Position numbers and translations under genes: made by a program. Of a DNA stretch of 64,000 bases, positions 21,001-29,478 are shown piece after piece. The DNA is taken from positions 22,520-86,519 of the forward strand of contig PMZJ01000041.1 in assembly GCA_003170415.1 (NCBI GenBank), read 5' to 3'. The DNA comes from Phycisphaerales bacterium (GTDB lineage: Bacteria; Planctomycetota; Phycisphaerae; Sedimentisphaerales; Anaerobacaceae). The notes under the pieces are model-generated. The model was not told where the DNA came from, searched no databases, and saw only the letters and a list, made by a program, of their open reading frames with translations. Positions within the stretch are counted from its first letter, which is position 1. The number at the start of each line of letters is the position of its first letter.

Positions 21001-21775
21001 TTCAACACTTAAAACTCCAGTCGTTAAACATAACTTGGTCGGCCTTAAACGCTCTCTTGATTGGCAATACCCGTTCGGCAACGCGCCATCGCTGCCCGCC
21101 AAAAGAACCGTTACCCAGTGGACTCATCGAAACGACGAATTTGCCAAGATTGATTATTCGCTTGCCTTCGACCGAAAACCAAAAGCCGTTTTCGCAACTA
21201 AGCAAATTGACAGCAGGTCTGCCTGCCCTGAGCTTAGTCGAAGGGTCGGCACAGCCACACACCTTGTTATGTCAAAACTTGACATGGCTAAACCAGTAAC
21301 GACGGAAACAGTAAATCAACTTATTGAAAAACTCGTAAAAGATGACGCTCTTGTTCAGGAAATAGCGTCGCAAATAAATGCCGAATCAATTGCGAAATTC
21401 TTCAGGAGCAAACTTGGCCAAACAGTCCTCGACAAGAAGAATATCGTCCGGCGAGAATGGCCCTTTACCTTTGCCGTTCCCGCCTCACAATGGGATGAAT
21501 CCGCGACGTACCAAACGAGTCACGGGTCACGAGGCACGAGCGACGATTTTATTATCGTTCAGGGCATAATCGATTTGCTTGTCAAAACGCCCAAAGGCCT
21601 CGTGGTCATAGATTTCAAAACCGATGATGTGTCCGCCGATGGAGCGACAAAACGTGCTGAATTATATCACGGACAATTAGACCTTTACGCAAAGGCCGCA
21701 AGCATAATACTTGGTCAAAAAATAGACAGCAAATGGCTCTGTTTCCTGAGGCCCGGCTGCGAAGTCGAGGTCTGA
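18080..21775 (+). CDS. addA: ATP-dependent helicase/nuclease subunit A
   Basis: SASAGTGKT, VDEYQD, VGDPKQSIYRWRGA, SIHKSKGLEF, LYVAMTRA; C-terminal GIIDL...IDFKT. Confidence 0.95.
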   Translation: MSQSKVNPPRRIKWTTQQSRAIVEHGRNVFVSASAGTGKTAVLSGSCVNVVTNPSACPDVWSVLVVTFTEMAAEEMRSRIAKQLSSEMETTADATLRRHLRRQLILLGAADISTIHSFCKRIITEHFYEIGLDPTFGIIDADEAKLLKTEILEKTIDWAWKQNNIAEALRQLMTRRDLRMTEGFPATIIEISDFLDGVVSRDNWLERAKVLAEAVDPFATDIAQAQKQIVTDKLQEALDRLEFALKIYNDQNPSGKWAAKCRNEYIKPVQQCIEQFKAGWWKFERPKVYKPTDVPQADFIGGIVGDALDSVRELKNLAILNPEYLNKFAGAIGTQTRVLVELVRHFDDSYCQAKKAINCLDFADLEHYALRLLQKRGQVPFSDEPSQTALKLRKKYKYVFVDEYQDINDVQQAIIDMVGSFGNVFAVGDPKQSIYRWRGARPEIFIEHLGLASAEPESSNAGLRVDLNVNFRSVKPILDFANKVFGRIMTASFAGIDYDESAYLKPHSQENAETAISPAVELHILDEAQADSDASPFSDRQLQAAMIARRIKQLIGVDSNEQIIDKETKKPRPVEYRDIVILMRSLAGKSDFVEALRLAGIPVSCDAAAGYFEATEITDMLCLLKVLDNPRRDIEFAGTLRCPFFRFSDTELTKICLQGKKNNRNLGFYDCVISFCESGGECELTDKLAKSLAMLDEWRTVARRGRLAELVWHIFRQTGYLSFVCALPDGPARRANLLKLHDRAIQFEGFAGNSGVPSLTRFIVFLEKLIAAGEDWSKPQPEAGTGNTVAVMSIHKSKGLEFPIVFVADLDSQFSKKDFSRDCVLDERLTLGLKIIDAESNSRLDSPAYQVIEERNRRKSLAEEMRILYVAMTRAMNRLVLVGCKTRDSCRNILTAAHSFAGQSIPSWHLEARQNHLDWILSALGSEPLLHQVFQTELPTQTSQDNLFSVQFYDQPELAKLSAIIQHSKLKTQNSTLKTPVVKHNLVGLKRSLDWQYPFGNAPSLPAKRTVTQWTHRNDEFAKIDYSLAFDRKPKAVFATKQIDSRSACPELSRRVGTATHLVMSKLDMAKPVTTETVNQLIEKLVKDDALVQEIASQINAESIAKFFRSKLGQTVLDKKNIVRREWPFTFAVPASQWDESATYQTSHGSRGTSDDFIIVQGIIDLLVKTPKGLVVIDFKTDDVSADGATKRAELYHGQLDLYAKAASIILGQKIDSKWLCFLRPGCEVEV

Positions 21776-21800
21776 ACCTGGAGAAAAATATTATTCGATT

Positions 21801-23201
21801 ATGGAGGAAAAGATGATTACCGCACCCCAAACCAGGTATCTCATAGTGTCAGCGTTTTTATTTCAGATTGTGTTTAACCGCGCAGCCCTCGCTCATCTTG
21901 AAACAGCCAAACTGTTCCCTCCCGATGCCAACACCGGCGACACTTTCGGCGCTTCGGTCGCAATCGAGGGAAATATCGTTGTAGTTGGGGCATATCAGAA
22001 TGACTCAAATGGTAGCGACTGTGGTGCCGCTTATGTTTATGAACTCTCCGGCTCACAGTGGATTCAAAAACAAAAGCTCGTCCCTTCCGACGGTGTGGCC
22101 GGCGATAAATTCGGCAAGTCAGTCGCCATCCAGGGTGACACTATTGTGGTGGGCAGTTATTATGACGACAGCAATGGCTCTGCTTATGTCTTCACCCGTT
22201 CAGGAGATGTCTGGATACAGCAGCAAAAACTCGTCGCTCCCGACGCCGCCCCTGATGACAGATTTGGCTGCTCCGTTTCAATCGATAATAATACTATCGT
22301 CGTCGGCGCATATCGCTGCAACGGCTACACCGGCAGCGCCTATGTTTTCACTCGCACCGGCACAAACTGGGGCTTTCAGGAGAAACTGACTGCATCGGAT
22401 GCCAAGTCGGGTGAGTATTTCGGCTACAGCGTCGCAATCGACAACAACACAATCATTATCGGTGTGCCCTATGACGATTATTCCGGGGACGTCGATGCCG
22501 GCTGCGCCTATCTTTACCGGCTACAGGGCGCAGCATGGGTCGAACAGTGTATTCTGCGGGCTTCCGACGGCGGCCCCAGTTATCACTTCGGATACTCTGT
22601 TGCTCTCGATGGCAACTGGGCCGTTATCGGTGCGTATGAGGGCAATACCGATATTGTTTCTGGTGCGGGCTCGGTTTATGTCTTCGCCAATACCGACGCC
22701 GGCTGGGTCGAACAGCAGAAACTATTCGACACCAACGACCCGTGTAGCGGTGAGGACTTCGGCTGGGCAGTCGCCATAAAAGATGACACAATACTCGCCG
22801 GCTGCCCCTATGATTTCACCGACGGTAATAAAACCGGGTCAGTATTTGAATTTGTCCGCACGGGCACAACCTGGGTTCAAAGCGACCGGCTCACGGCCGG
22901 CGATGCAAATGCAGACGATAAATTCGGCTCCTCGCTCGCATTATCAGGTCGCCATATCATCATTGGTGCACCTTACAACTCTAACAACGGCAAATCCACC
23001 GGCTCAACATACATCTTCGACAATTTCCTCGCCGACCTCGATGCCGACGGCGATGTTGACTTTTTCGACTTTGCTGTTTTGGCCGGCTACTGGCATCAAA
23101 ATAATCCTTTGGCGGACATTGCCCCCGAACCTGCGGGCGATGCAATCGTAGATATAAAAGATTTGGCTGTTCTGTGCGATAACTGGCTGGCTGGTAAATA
23201 A
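21801..23201 (+). CDS. FG-GAP repeat beta-propeller protein with a dockerin-like C-terminal domain
   Basis: About 7 repeats of FG.SVAI.G..IVVGA; C-terminal DLDADGDVDFFDFAVLA..W / DAIVDIKDLAVLCDNWL. Confidence 0.85.
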   Translation: MEEKMITAPQTRYLIVSAFLFQIVFNRAALAHLETAKLFPPDANTGDTFGASVAIEGNIVVVGAYQNDSNGSDCGAAYVYELSGSQWIQKQKLVPSDGVAGDKFGKSVAIQGDTIVVGSYYDDSNGSAYVFTRSGDVWIQQQKLVAPDAAPDDRFGCSVSIDNNTIVVGAYRCNGYTGSAYVFTRTGTNWGFQEKLTASDAKSGEYFGYSVAIDNNTIIIGVPYDDYSGDVDAGCAYLYRLQGAAWVEQCILRASDGGPSYHFGYSVALDGNWAVIGAYEGNTDIVSGAGSVYVFANTDAGWVEQQKLFDTNDPCSGEDFGWAVAIKDDTILAGCPYDFTDGNKTGSVFEFVRTGTTWVQSDRLTAGDANADDKFGSSLALSGRHIIIGAPYNSNNGKSTGSTYIFDNFLADLDADGDVDFFDFAVLAGYWHQNNPLADIAPEPAGDAIVDIKDLAVLCDNWLAGK

Positions 23202-23397
23202 CAGATATGGCGCAAAGCTGGTTCTTTAACCCAATATCCGGCATGTCTGGAGGCGATGGAGACCTGTTCTGGCCCGCCTCAAAACCCGCGAAAACCACTT
23301 GCGGATGAGCCGAATTTATGGTATTTTGTAAGTTTTGAGCAACTTAACCAAAACGGGGTTTTGCCTCACGATTAATATTGTATTGGGAGATACAAAA

Positions 23398-24438
23398 ATG
23401 AAGGTCGGAAGATTGAGTTTAATTACTGGTATCATTAGTTCTGTATTGGTTTTACAGTGCTGGTTCGCCGGTCAGGCAGTTGGTGCGCAGGCGCCTGCCT
23501 CCAAACCCGCGGCTGAACCCAACGGGCCGTCCCCGAAAATTGTTTTCGAGCAGGCCATTCACGATTTCGGTCCCGTTGCGCCCGGCTCCCTCAATCCCTG
23601 CAAGTTCAAGTTCAAAAATGAAGGCGCCGGTGTCCTCAAAATTAGTGATGTTACCAAAACCTGTGGCTGCACCGTCTTTACGCTCGAAAAAAAGGAATAT
23701 GCTCCCGGTGAGGAAGGAGCGATTGATGTCGGATACAACGCCGACAGGGGCAGCGGCGTCAGAACTCGACACCTCTATGTGCTCTCAAACGATAAGGATA
23801 ACCCGAGAGTCGAGTTGACCATTAAGGCCTCTATCGCCCAGAAGATTGTTTACGACCCGGAAAAGCTGGATTATACGCTCAGGGGCAAAAACGCAGGCGT
23901 CCTTGAATTAACCTTGCACAGTATCGATGACCAGAATTTTGCGATTACCGCGTTCAACGCCACCGGCGACGCCGTCTCCGCGGATTTTGACCCGAACCAA
24001 AAGGCCGCGAAATTTGTCCTTAAGACCAAAATGGACATACAAAAAACAGGCGTCAACAGCAGCGGCCGCATTGAAATTACAACCAGTCATCCGGAGTGTC
24101 CTACGATTACCGTACCTTTCAGCGTTCTGGCAAGATTTAAGGTTGACCCGCCTGCCATAAACGTGCTCAACGCCGAAGTCAACAAGTCCGTCGAGCGGGA
24201 ATTGTGGCTGCTCAATAATTACAACGAAGATTTTGAAATCGCCTCAGCAACCTCCAAGGAAGGCATCATAAAGGTTGTCAGTCAGGAAAAAATCGGTAAT
24301 CGCTACAAGTTCAATCTTGCGATAGTCCCTCCTGCGACTCGAAATCCAACGAGGATGTTTACGGATACGCTCACGATAACCACCAAAGACGGCGAAAAAA
24401 TAGAGGTCGCCTGCCGTGGGTTCTATCAACGACAATAA
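23398..24438 (+). CDS. DUF1573 (Ig-like) domain secreted protein
   Basis: HDFG...FKFKNEG...LKI..V..TCGCT...PGEEG pattern; signal peptide. Confidence 0.82.
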   Translation: MKVGRLSLITGIISSVLVLQCWFAGQAVGAQAPASKPAAEPNGPSPKIVFEQAIHDFGPVAPGSLNPCKFKFKNEGAGVLKISDVTKTCGCTVFTLEKKEYAPGEEGAIDVGYNADRGSGVRTRHLYVLSNDKDNPRVELTIKASIAQKIVYDPEKLDYTLRGKNAGVLELTLHSIDDQNFAITAFNATGDAVSADFDPNQKAAKFVLKTKMDIQKTGVNSSGRIEITTSHPECPTITVPFSVLARFKVDPPAINVLNAEVNKSVERELWLLNNYNEDFEIASATSKEGIIKVVSQEKIGNRYKFNLAIVPPATRNPTRMFTDTLTITTKDGEKIEVACRGFYQRQ

Positions 24439-24457
24439 AGGCGACACAAACTGAATC

Positions 24458-25852
24458 TTGCCGGCAATGACGGGAAAAAGGGCTTTTATCTTCCTGCTGA
24501 CCGCGACAACGGTGTTCGCAGTCCCCGGTGCGCCTGGGCAAACGCGTGACCTTGTTACTATTTTCTTCACAGGTAACGAGTTGGGCTCAATGCAGCCCTG
24601 TGGCTGTTCGGGCGGGCAGCTTGGCGGTCTTGACAGACGTTATGCCGTCTTGAATGCCGTCGGCCCGCAAAATCGCCTCATCATTGATACCGGCTCGCTG
24701 GTTCCCGAATCAACCGAGCAAAACCTCATTAAATTCAGCATTATCGTGCAGGCATTTGCCCAGCTTGGCTATGACGTAGTCAACCTCACCGAACAGGATA
24801 TTCTTATCGCTCGCCAGGCGGGACTTCTTGATGGCCTCAGTTCGCTTTTCAACTGCATAACCGCCGGCAGCCCCGACGACGTAAAACTGCCTGCAAAATT
24901 CACAAAGAAATTTACGCTGAATGGGATTGTTTTCGAAGCAGCCGTTGTTACCGCCGAAACCGAAGACCAGATTTCCCGGCTGCCAGACCTGTTTTCGTCA
25001 ACCGCCGCCGGGTCGCCTTCGGCGGTAAAAATTCTGATTCTTAACCGTGCCGACGCAAAAACAGTCGCTACCGTTTCGGAAATGCACCTCGTCGATTTAC
25101 TGATTGTCCCTTCGCAGTCCGAGGATGAGCCGATACTTGTTAGCGATACCAATGTCAGTCCCCTGGTAATCTCGTCGGGACGGCTGGGCAAGTACGTCGG
25201 CAAAATCCAGGTGATATTTAACGGCGCAGGGCGAAAACCCCGGCTGAAGTTTACTTCGGTGCCGGTTACCGAGGATATTCCCCAGCATCAGCCGCTTGTC
25301 GAACTTTATAAGGACTACCAGCGATTAGTCAAAGATGCCAACATAATCGAAAGACAGCCGCGTTTCATTTTGCCGGGCAACCTCGAATACATCGGCTCAA
25401 AATACTGCAAACTCTGCCACGACTATGAATACGAAAAGTGGATGACAAGCAAACAGGTTTTTATACCCGGTCTGGCTAAGCAGGCGTCGCCTGACAACAG
25501 GCACGCCAACGCCTTCGCTGCGCTCGAAAAGGTCGGCTCCGAATATGACCCCGAATGTGTCGTCTGCCACGTTGTCGGCATGCAATACCAAACCGGCTAC
25601 ATCTCCCCGGCAAAAACCCCCGAATTGAAAGACGTCGGCTGCGAAAACTGCCACGGGCCGGGTTCCGAGCATCTCAGGTCGCTCGGCGCAATCGAGACCT
25701 CAGGCCCTATGTCAACCTGCAGCGATTGCCATACCGCTGAGCAAAGCGGAGAATACGCAGCCAATGAGAAGCAGTACTTTGAGAAAATCGTCCACTGGAG
25801 GGAGCCGGTTTCCATAGTCAGAGTCACAGAACCTAACCGCTCATCGAAGTAG
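24458..25852 (+). CDS. Tetraheme c-type cytochrome (c554-like) fused to an N-terminal UshA/5'-nucleotidase-like domain
   Basis: Four CxxCH motifs (CKLCH, CVVCH, CENCH, CSDCH); N-terminal GSMQPCGCSGGQLGGLDRR and IIDTG. Confidence 0.85.
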   Translation: MPAMTGKRAFIFLLTATTVFAVPGAPGQTRDLVTIFFTGNELGSMQPCGCSGGQLGGLDRRYAVLNAVGPQNRLIIDTGSLVPESTEQNLIKFSIIVQAFAQLGYDVVNLTEQDILIARQAGLLDGLSSLFNCITAGSPDDVKLPAKFTKKFTLNGIVFEAAVVTAETEDQISRLPDLFSSTAAGSPSAVKILILNRADAKTVATVSEMHLVDLLIVPSQSEDEPILVSDTNVSPLVISSGRLGKYVGKIQVIFNGAGRKPRLKFTSVPVTEDIPQHQPLVELYKDYQRLVKDANIIERQPRFILPGNLEYIGSKYCKLCHDYEYEKWMTSKQVFIPGLAKQASPDNRHANAFAALEKVGSEYDPECVVCHVVGMQYQTGYISPAKTPELKDVGCENCHGPGSEHLRSLGAIETSGPMSTCSDCHTAEQSGEYAANEKQYFEKIVHWREPVSIVRVTEPNRSSK

Positions 25853-25865
25853 AAGCGAAAAAGGG

Positions 25866-25914
25866 GCCTGCCCTGAGCTGACCTGTGGTGAGCGCAGCCG
25901 AACCAGTCGAAGGG
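25866..25914. repeat. REP-like 25-mer with a second family member nested in its loop
   Basis: gcctgccctgagct[gacctgtggtgagcgcagccgaacc]agtcgaaggg; compare the intact copy at 21221-21245. Confidence 0.8.
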
Positions 25915-26151
25915 CAACCTTTTCATCTTTCGTCTCCTTATTGATAAAAACCATTGTTTTATAGGACTATTGGCCATACAGCTTTCTCCGTCGACAGAGG
26001 CCTGAAAATAACCCAAAAACGAGGTCGCCAAACTCGCCACAGGGGGGAACTTTTTGATGGCTTCTTTGTCTCATTTAGTGTGGTGACTCCGTGCCTGTCC
26101 AGAATTGCTGAGACACCGTGTGCTCACGGGTGAGTCAGGCCTGAGGAACGA

Positions 26152-29100
26152 GTGATGAGAGATATGGAGCGTGCTATGGCACTAAAGCTGAGACCCGCCT
26201 GCCGGGTGGTCAAGTTTGCTTTCTTTGCACTTTTAATGCTCGGCAGTTTTGCCTCCTGTCAATTGGGGCTGGCTGCCGACCTTGTGTCGCCCAACGAAAC
26301 AGCAAGTTCCGTCCCTGACAGATACAGGGCTTTTTTACTTAAATACATCTCACCGCAGAAGGCCAAACAATTTCTGGCCGACGTGAACATCACGAATGCT
26401 TCCCAGCTCAATGATTCCAATACGTTGCTGGTTACAGCCAGCCCGGATGCTCTTCTCAAGGCCGCGGCCCTGCTGACGCTGGCTGATTCGCGTGAAAAGT
26501 ATGCCGTGAAGGTCCTGTTGCCCGCCTCCGAGGCAAATCAGATGCCGTCCGCGGAAGCAATGGCAGCCGAAATCGGCAGAATATCCATAGGGACTTTTTA
26601 TAATCTGCCTGGCGGCACAGGATACAAGGCGATTGTGGATATCCACGAGGATAAGCTTGTAGCTATCGCTCCGGTCGCGGTTATGGACAAGTTTGTTGAA
26701 TATGCCGATGTGGTAAAACGAGCCAGCCCTTTACCTGATTTGGAGGATGGTCTTGCCTCTGTGCCCGTTGTGGAATCAAGCCCCGCCGACCCGGATAAGG
26801 CGTTTGGCGAGCTTCTCGATTCTATATCCAAAGCCGAAAGTAATCTAAAATCGACCGATACCGCAAAACAACAGACCAAACAGCCCAAAGCAGAGGGCGT
26901 CGCGGTCAAACCCAAAAAACAAGCGGCTAAAGACGAGAAAAAAATAACAGGCAAAGATAAAAAAGCCGTCGTGCCAGACCTCGAAACGGAAGCATCGACA
27001 GAGCCAAATGAGGAAAAGGTTCGCAATCCATACGAGCCGGAATATGCCGCCAATGCCGATGAGACACTCGATCTTGCATTGCCCGAAAAACTTGACGTCA
27101 TCAGTTTGCTCGAACTGGTCGGCAAATATCTTAACCTCAATTATGTGTACGACGAGAGCAAAATAAAGAATATGGCGGTCAATCTGAAGGTTCAGGGGCC
27201 AATCAAGGTAAGGGACCTTTACCCGCTTGTTGAATCAGTCCTGAGGTTTACGGGACTTGCTATGACTCGCAAGGGTAATTTGGTTACGGTAGTTCCCATT
27301 GCCGATACCCTGGACATAGACCCTGCCTTAATAGAGTCCGACAGCGGCCAGGTTAGGGCAGGCGACGTTATAGTTACCCGCATTTTTCAGCTTAATTATA
27401 TCGATACCGCCAGCGCTAAGGCCCTGCTGGAGGGTATGAAAATAGGGGCTGTAACAGAAATAGCGGCGAGGGGAACGCTTATTGTTACCGGATACGCTTA
27501 TCGTATGAACAGGGTGGAGCAGCTTCTTGAAGTCATCGACAAGCCGGGCATCCCCAAGCAATTCAGGTTCCGGCAGTTAAAATACACGATGGCCAGCACG
27601 CTCGCCCCGAAGATTAAGACGCTTGTCGAACAATTAGGCGATATGTCGATTGCGATTTCCTCTACTCCCACGGCCGCGACGTCTCAGCCGCCAAGGCGTG
27701 TTCCGGTTCGCCAGCCGATGCCGGTCCAGCCGACTCCAGCGGCCGGTTCTTCAAAACCGTCGATATATCTTGACGCTGACGAAAGGACCAACCGCATCCT
27801 GATGATAGGGCAGGAGGAAGAACTGACTGTCGTGGAAAATCTCATTGACGCCCTTGACATCGCGCAACAGGACCTCCGCTCGCTTCGGGTGTATGAGATG
27901 CAGCACGTTGATGCCGAAGACGTGAGAAAAAAACTGGAAGAGCTTGGCATAATAGGTGCCAGTCGAACGGGCACGACCACATCCGGCAGGATTACCTCAA
28001 GAACAGCAACGCCTGCTGCGCCGGGTCAGCCGGCCGCATCGCCGACGCCTGCTGCAATGACAGCCCCCGGTTCGGAAGGGGAATTGCCAACCGAAGAGCC
28101 GCAGGTGGTGGTCATCGAGGCAACCAACTCCCTGATGGTCAATGCCTCGCCTGAACAGCACGCCCTGATTGCAACCATTATCTCCTACGTCGATAGCGAA
28201 AGTGAACAGAAAGCGATACCATACAAGGTTTATCCGCTTCAGAATCAGTCGCCGGACCATATCGCGGAGGTCCTCAAGAAGTTAATCGAGGACGTCGTCA
28301 AAGATAAAGATAGCAAGATTGAAAAGGTCGTAAAAAAGACCGAAGAAAACATCATTATCGTTCCGGACCCCAATACTTTCTCGCTGATAGTTTACGCCAA
28401 CAAGAAAAATCAGGACTGGATTGCGGATTTGATAAAAACTTTGGACAGACGAAGACCCCAGGTGCTTATTGACGTCACGCTCGTCGAGGTTACCAACAAA
28501 GACAATTTCGACCTCGACCTGCAATTAGCCAGCAAGTTTCCCGAAATGGTACCTGGAACAACGATGGTTAGTGGTGTGGTGACCCCCATTACACCGTCCT
28601 TCCTGGGCGGCACCGTTAGCGAAGCAGCAAGCAATCCGGTTTTAGGAACTATTGCGGGCGGCCAGGGTTTTTATAGCGACAAGCATATACAGGCGCTTCT
28701 TACGGCAATGGAGACAAAGAGCTACGGACGCGTGCTGGCCAAACCCAAAATATTAGTCAACGACGGCCAAGTCGGCGTAATCAAGACCGCCGATACCAAG
28801 AACGTGTCTATAACCGGCGGTTCCACCGTATCGAACGGCACTGTCGTCGCGGGAAGCACCAGTTACCAGCCGTACAATGACGGTATAACGCTTACCATTC
28901 AGCCCAATATCAGCGAGGGCGACCTGTTGCTTCTTATCATCAATCTCGACAGGACGGATTTCGTTAATGCGACTGCCAACCAAGTAACCCCCCCCGATAC
29001 AACGTCGAGCAACATTAATACAACAGTAACGGTTCCAGACGGCAAAACTATCATCCTCGGCGGGATGCTTAAACTTGGCCAGTCAAAAAACGGCAACAAG

Positions 29101-29367
29101 ATTCCCCTGCTCGGGGATATTCCATTAGTGGGAGGATTGTTTAGAAGCACCTCGAATAGCACCGATGATTCAAAATTGTATGTATTTGTAAAGGCCAACA
29201 TACTCAGGCCTGAAGAAACGCTATCGGGACTGCCGGAGCTTGAGCGAATCTCAGAAAAGAGCCGTGCGGCTTTTGAGAAAAACGAAGAGCGGTTCCAAAA
29301 CCACCAGGACTGGCCGGGGATAAAGCCCCATCCGGTGGACCCGGTGAAGGTGCTTGATGCCGAATAG
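26152..29367 (+). CDS. gspD: Type II secretion secretin (large)
   Basis: Repeated N-domains; RPQVLIDV, GITLTIQPNI, TVTVPDGKTIILGG, KIPLLGDIPLVGGLFRS. Confidence 0.92.
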   Translation: MMRDMERAMALKLRPACRVVKFAFFALLMLGSFASCQLGLAADLVSPNETASSVPDRYRAFLLKYISPQKAKQFLADVNITNASQLNDSNTLLVTASPDALLKAAALLTLADSREKYAVKVLLPASEANQMPSAEAMAAEIGRISIGTFYNLPGGTGYKAIVDIHEDKLVAIAPVAVMDKFVEYADVVKRASPLPDLEDGLASVPVVESSPADPDKAFGELLDSISKAESNLKSTDTAKQQTKQPKAEGVAVKPKKQAAKDEKKITGKDKKAVVPDLETEASTEPNEEKVRNPYEPEYAANADETLDLALPEKLDVISLLELVGKYLNLNYVYDESKIKNMAVNLKVQGPIKVRDLYPLVESVLRFTGLAMTRKGNLVTVVPIADTLDIDPALIESDSGQVRAGDVIVTRIFQLNYIDTASAKALLEGMKIGAVTEIAARGTLIVTGYAYRMNRVEQLLEVIDKPGIPKQFRFRQLKYTMASTLAPKIKTLVEQLGDMSIAISSTPTAATSQPPRRVPVRQPMPVQPTPAAGSSKPSIYLDADERTNRILMIGQEEELTVVENLIDALDIAQQDLRSLRVYEMQHVDAEDVRKKLEELGIIGASRTGTTTSGRITSRTATPAAPGQPAASPTPAAMTAPGSEGELPTEEPQVVVIEATNSLMVNASPEQHALIATIISYVDSESEQKAIPYKVYPLQNQSPDHIAEVLKKLIEDVVKDKDSKIEKVVKKTEENIIIVPDPNTFSLIVYANKKNQDWIADLIKTLDRRRPQVLIDVTLVEVTNKDNFDLDLQLASKFPEMVPGTTMVSGVVTPITPSFLGGTVSEAASNPVLGTIAGGQGFYSDKHIQALLTAMETKSYGRVLAKPKILVNDGQVGVIKTADTKNVSITGGSTVSNGTVVAGSTSYQPYNDGITLTIQPNISEGDLLLLIINLDRTDFVNATANQVTPPDTTSSNINTTVTVPDGKTIILGGMLKLGQSKNGNKIPLLGDIPLVGGLFRSTSNSTDDSKLYVFVKANILRPEETLSGLPELERISEKSRAAFEKNEERFQNHQDWPGIKPHPVDPVKVLDAE

Positions 29368-29375
29368 CTTAAAAC

Positions 29376-29470
29376 GATTGATAATCGATTATTGATAGTT
29401 TAGCAGCGGCCGGAACGGCCGCTGCCGTCGCCGTTCCGGCGACGGCTAAACAAATCAATCATCAATAATA
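29376..29470. repeat. Palindromic intergenic element with two hairpins whose loops are complementary
   Basis: gcagcggcc-GGAAC-ggccgctgc and gccgtcgcc-GTTCC-ggcgacggc inside inverted attgat/atcaat flanks. Confidence 0.8.
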
Positions 29471-29478
29471 AATAAAAA

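Noticed and set aside
23247..23315. Fluoride (crcB) riboswitch-like string GGCGATGGAG...CGCC...AAACCCGC...GCGGATGA
   Set aside because: The first loop is too long, the 3' CTCC needed for the pseudoknot is missing, and no fluoride-related gene follows
24590..24612. Selenocysteine in the PCGC motif of the cytochrome
   Set aside because: Both codons are TGT; there is no in-frame TGA
26084..26140. Hairpin tgactc..cgtg/cacg..gagtca upstream of gspD as a riboswitch
   Set aside because: A single imperfect stem with no recognisable aptamer consensus
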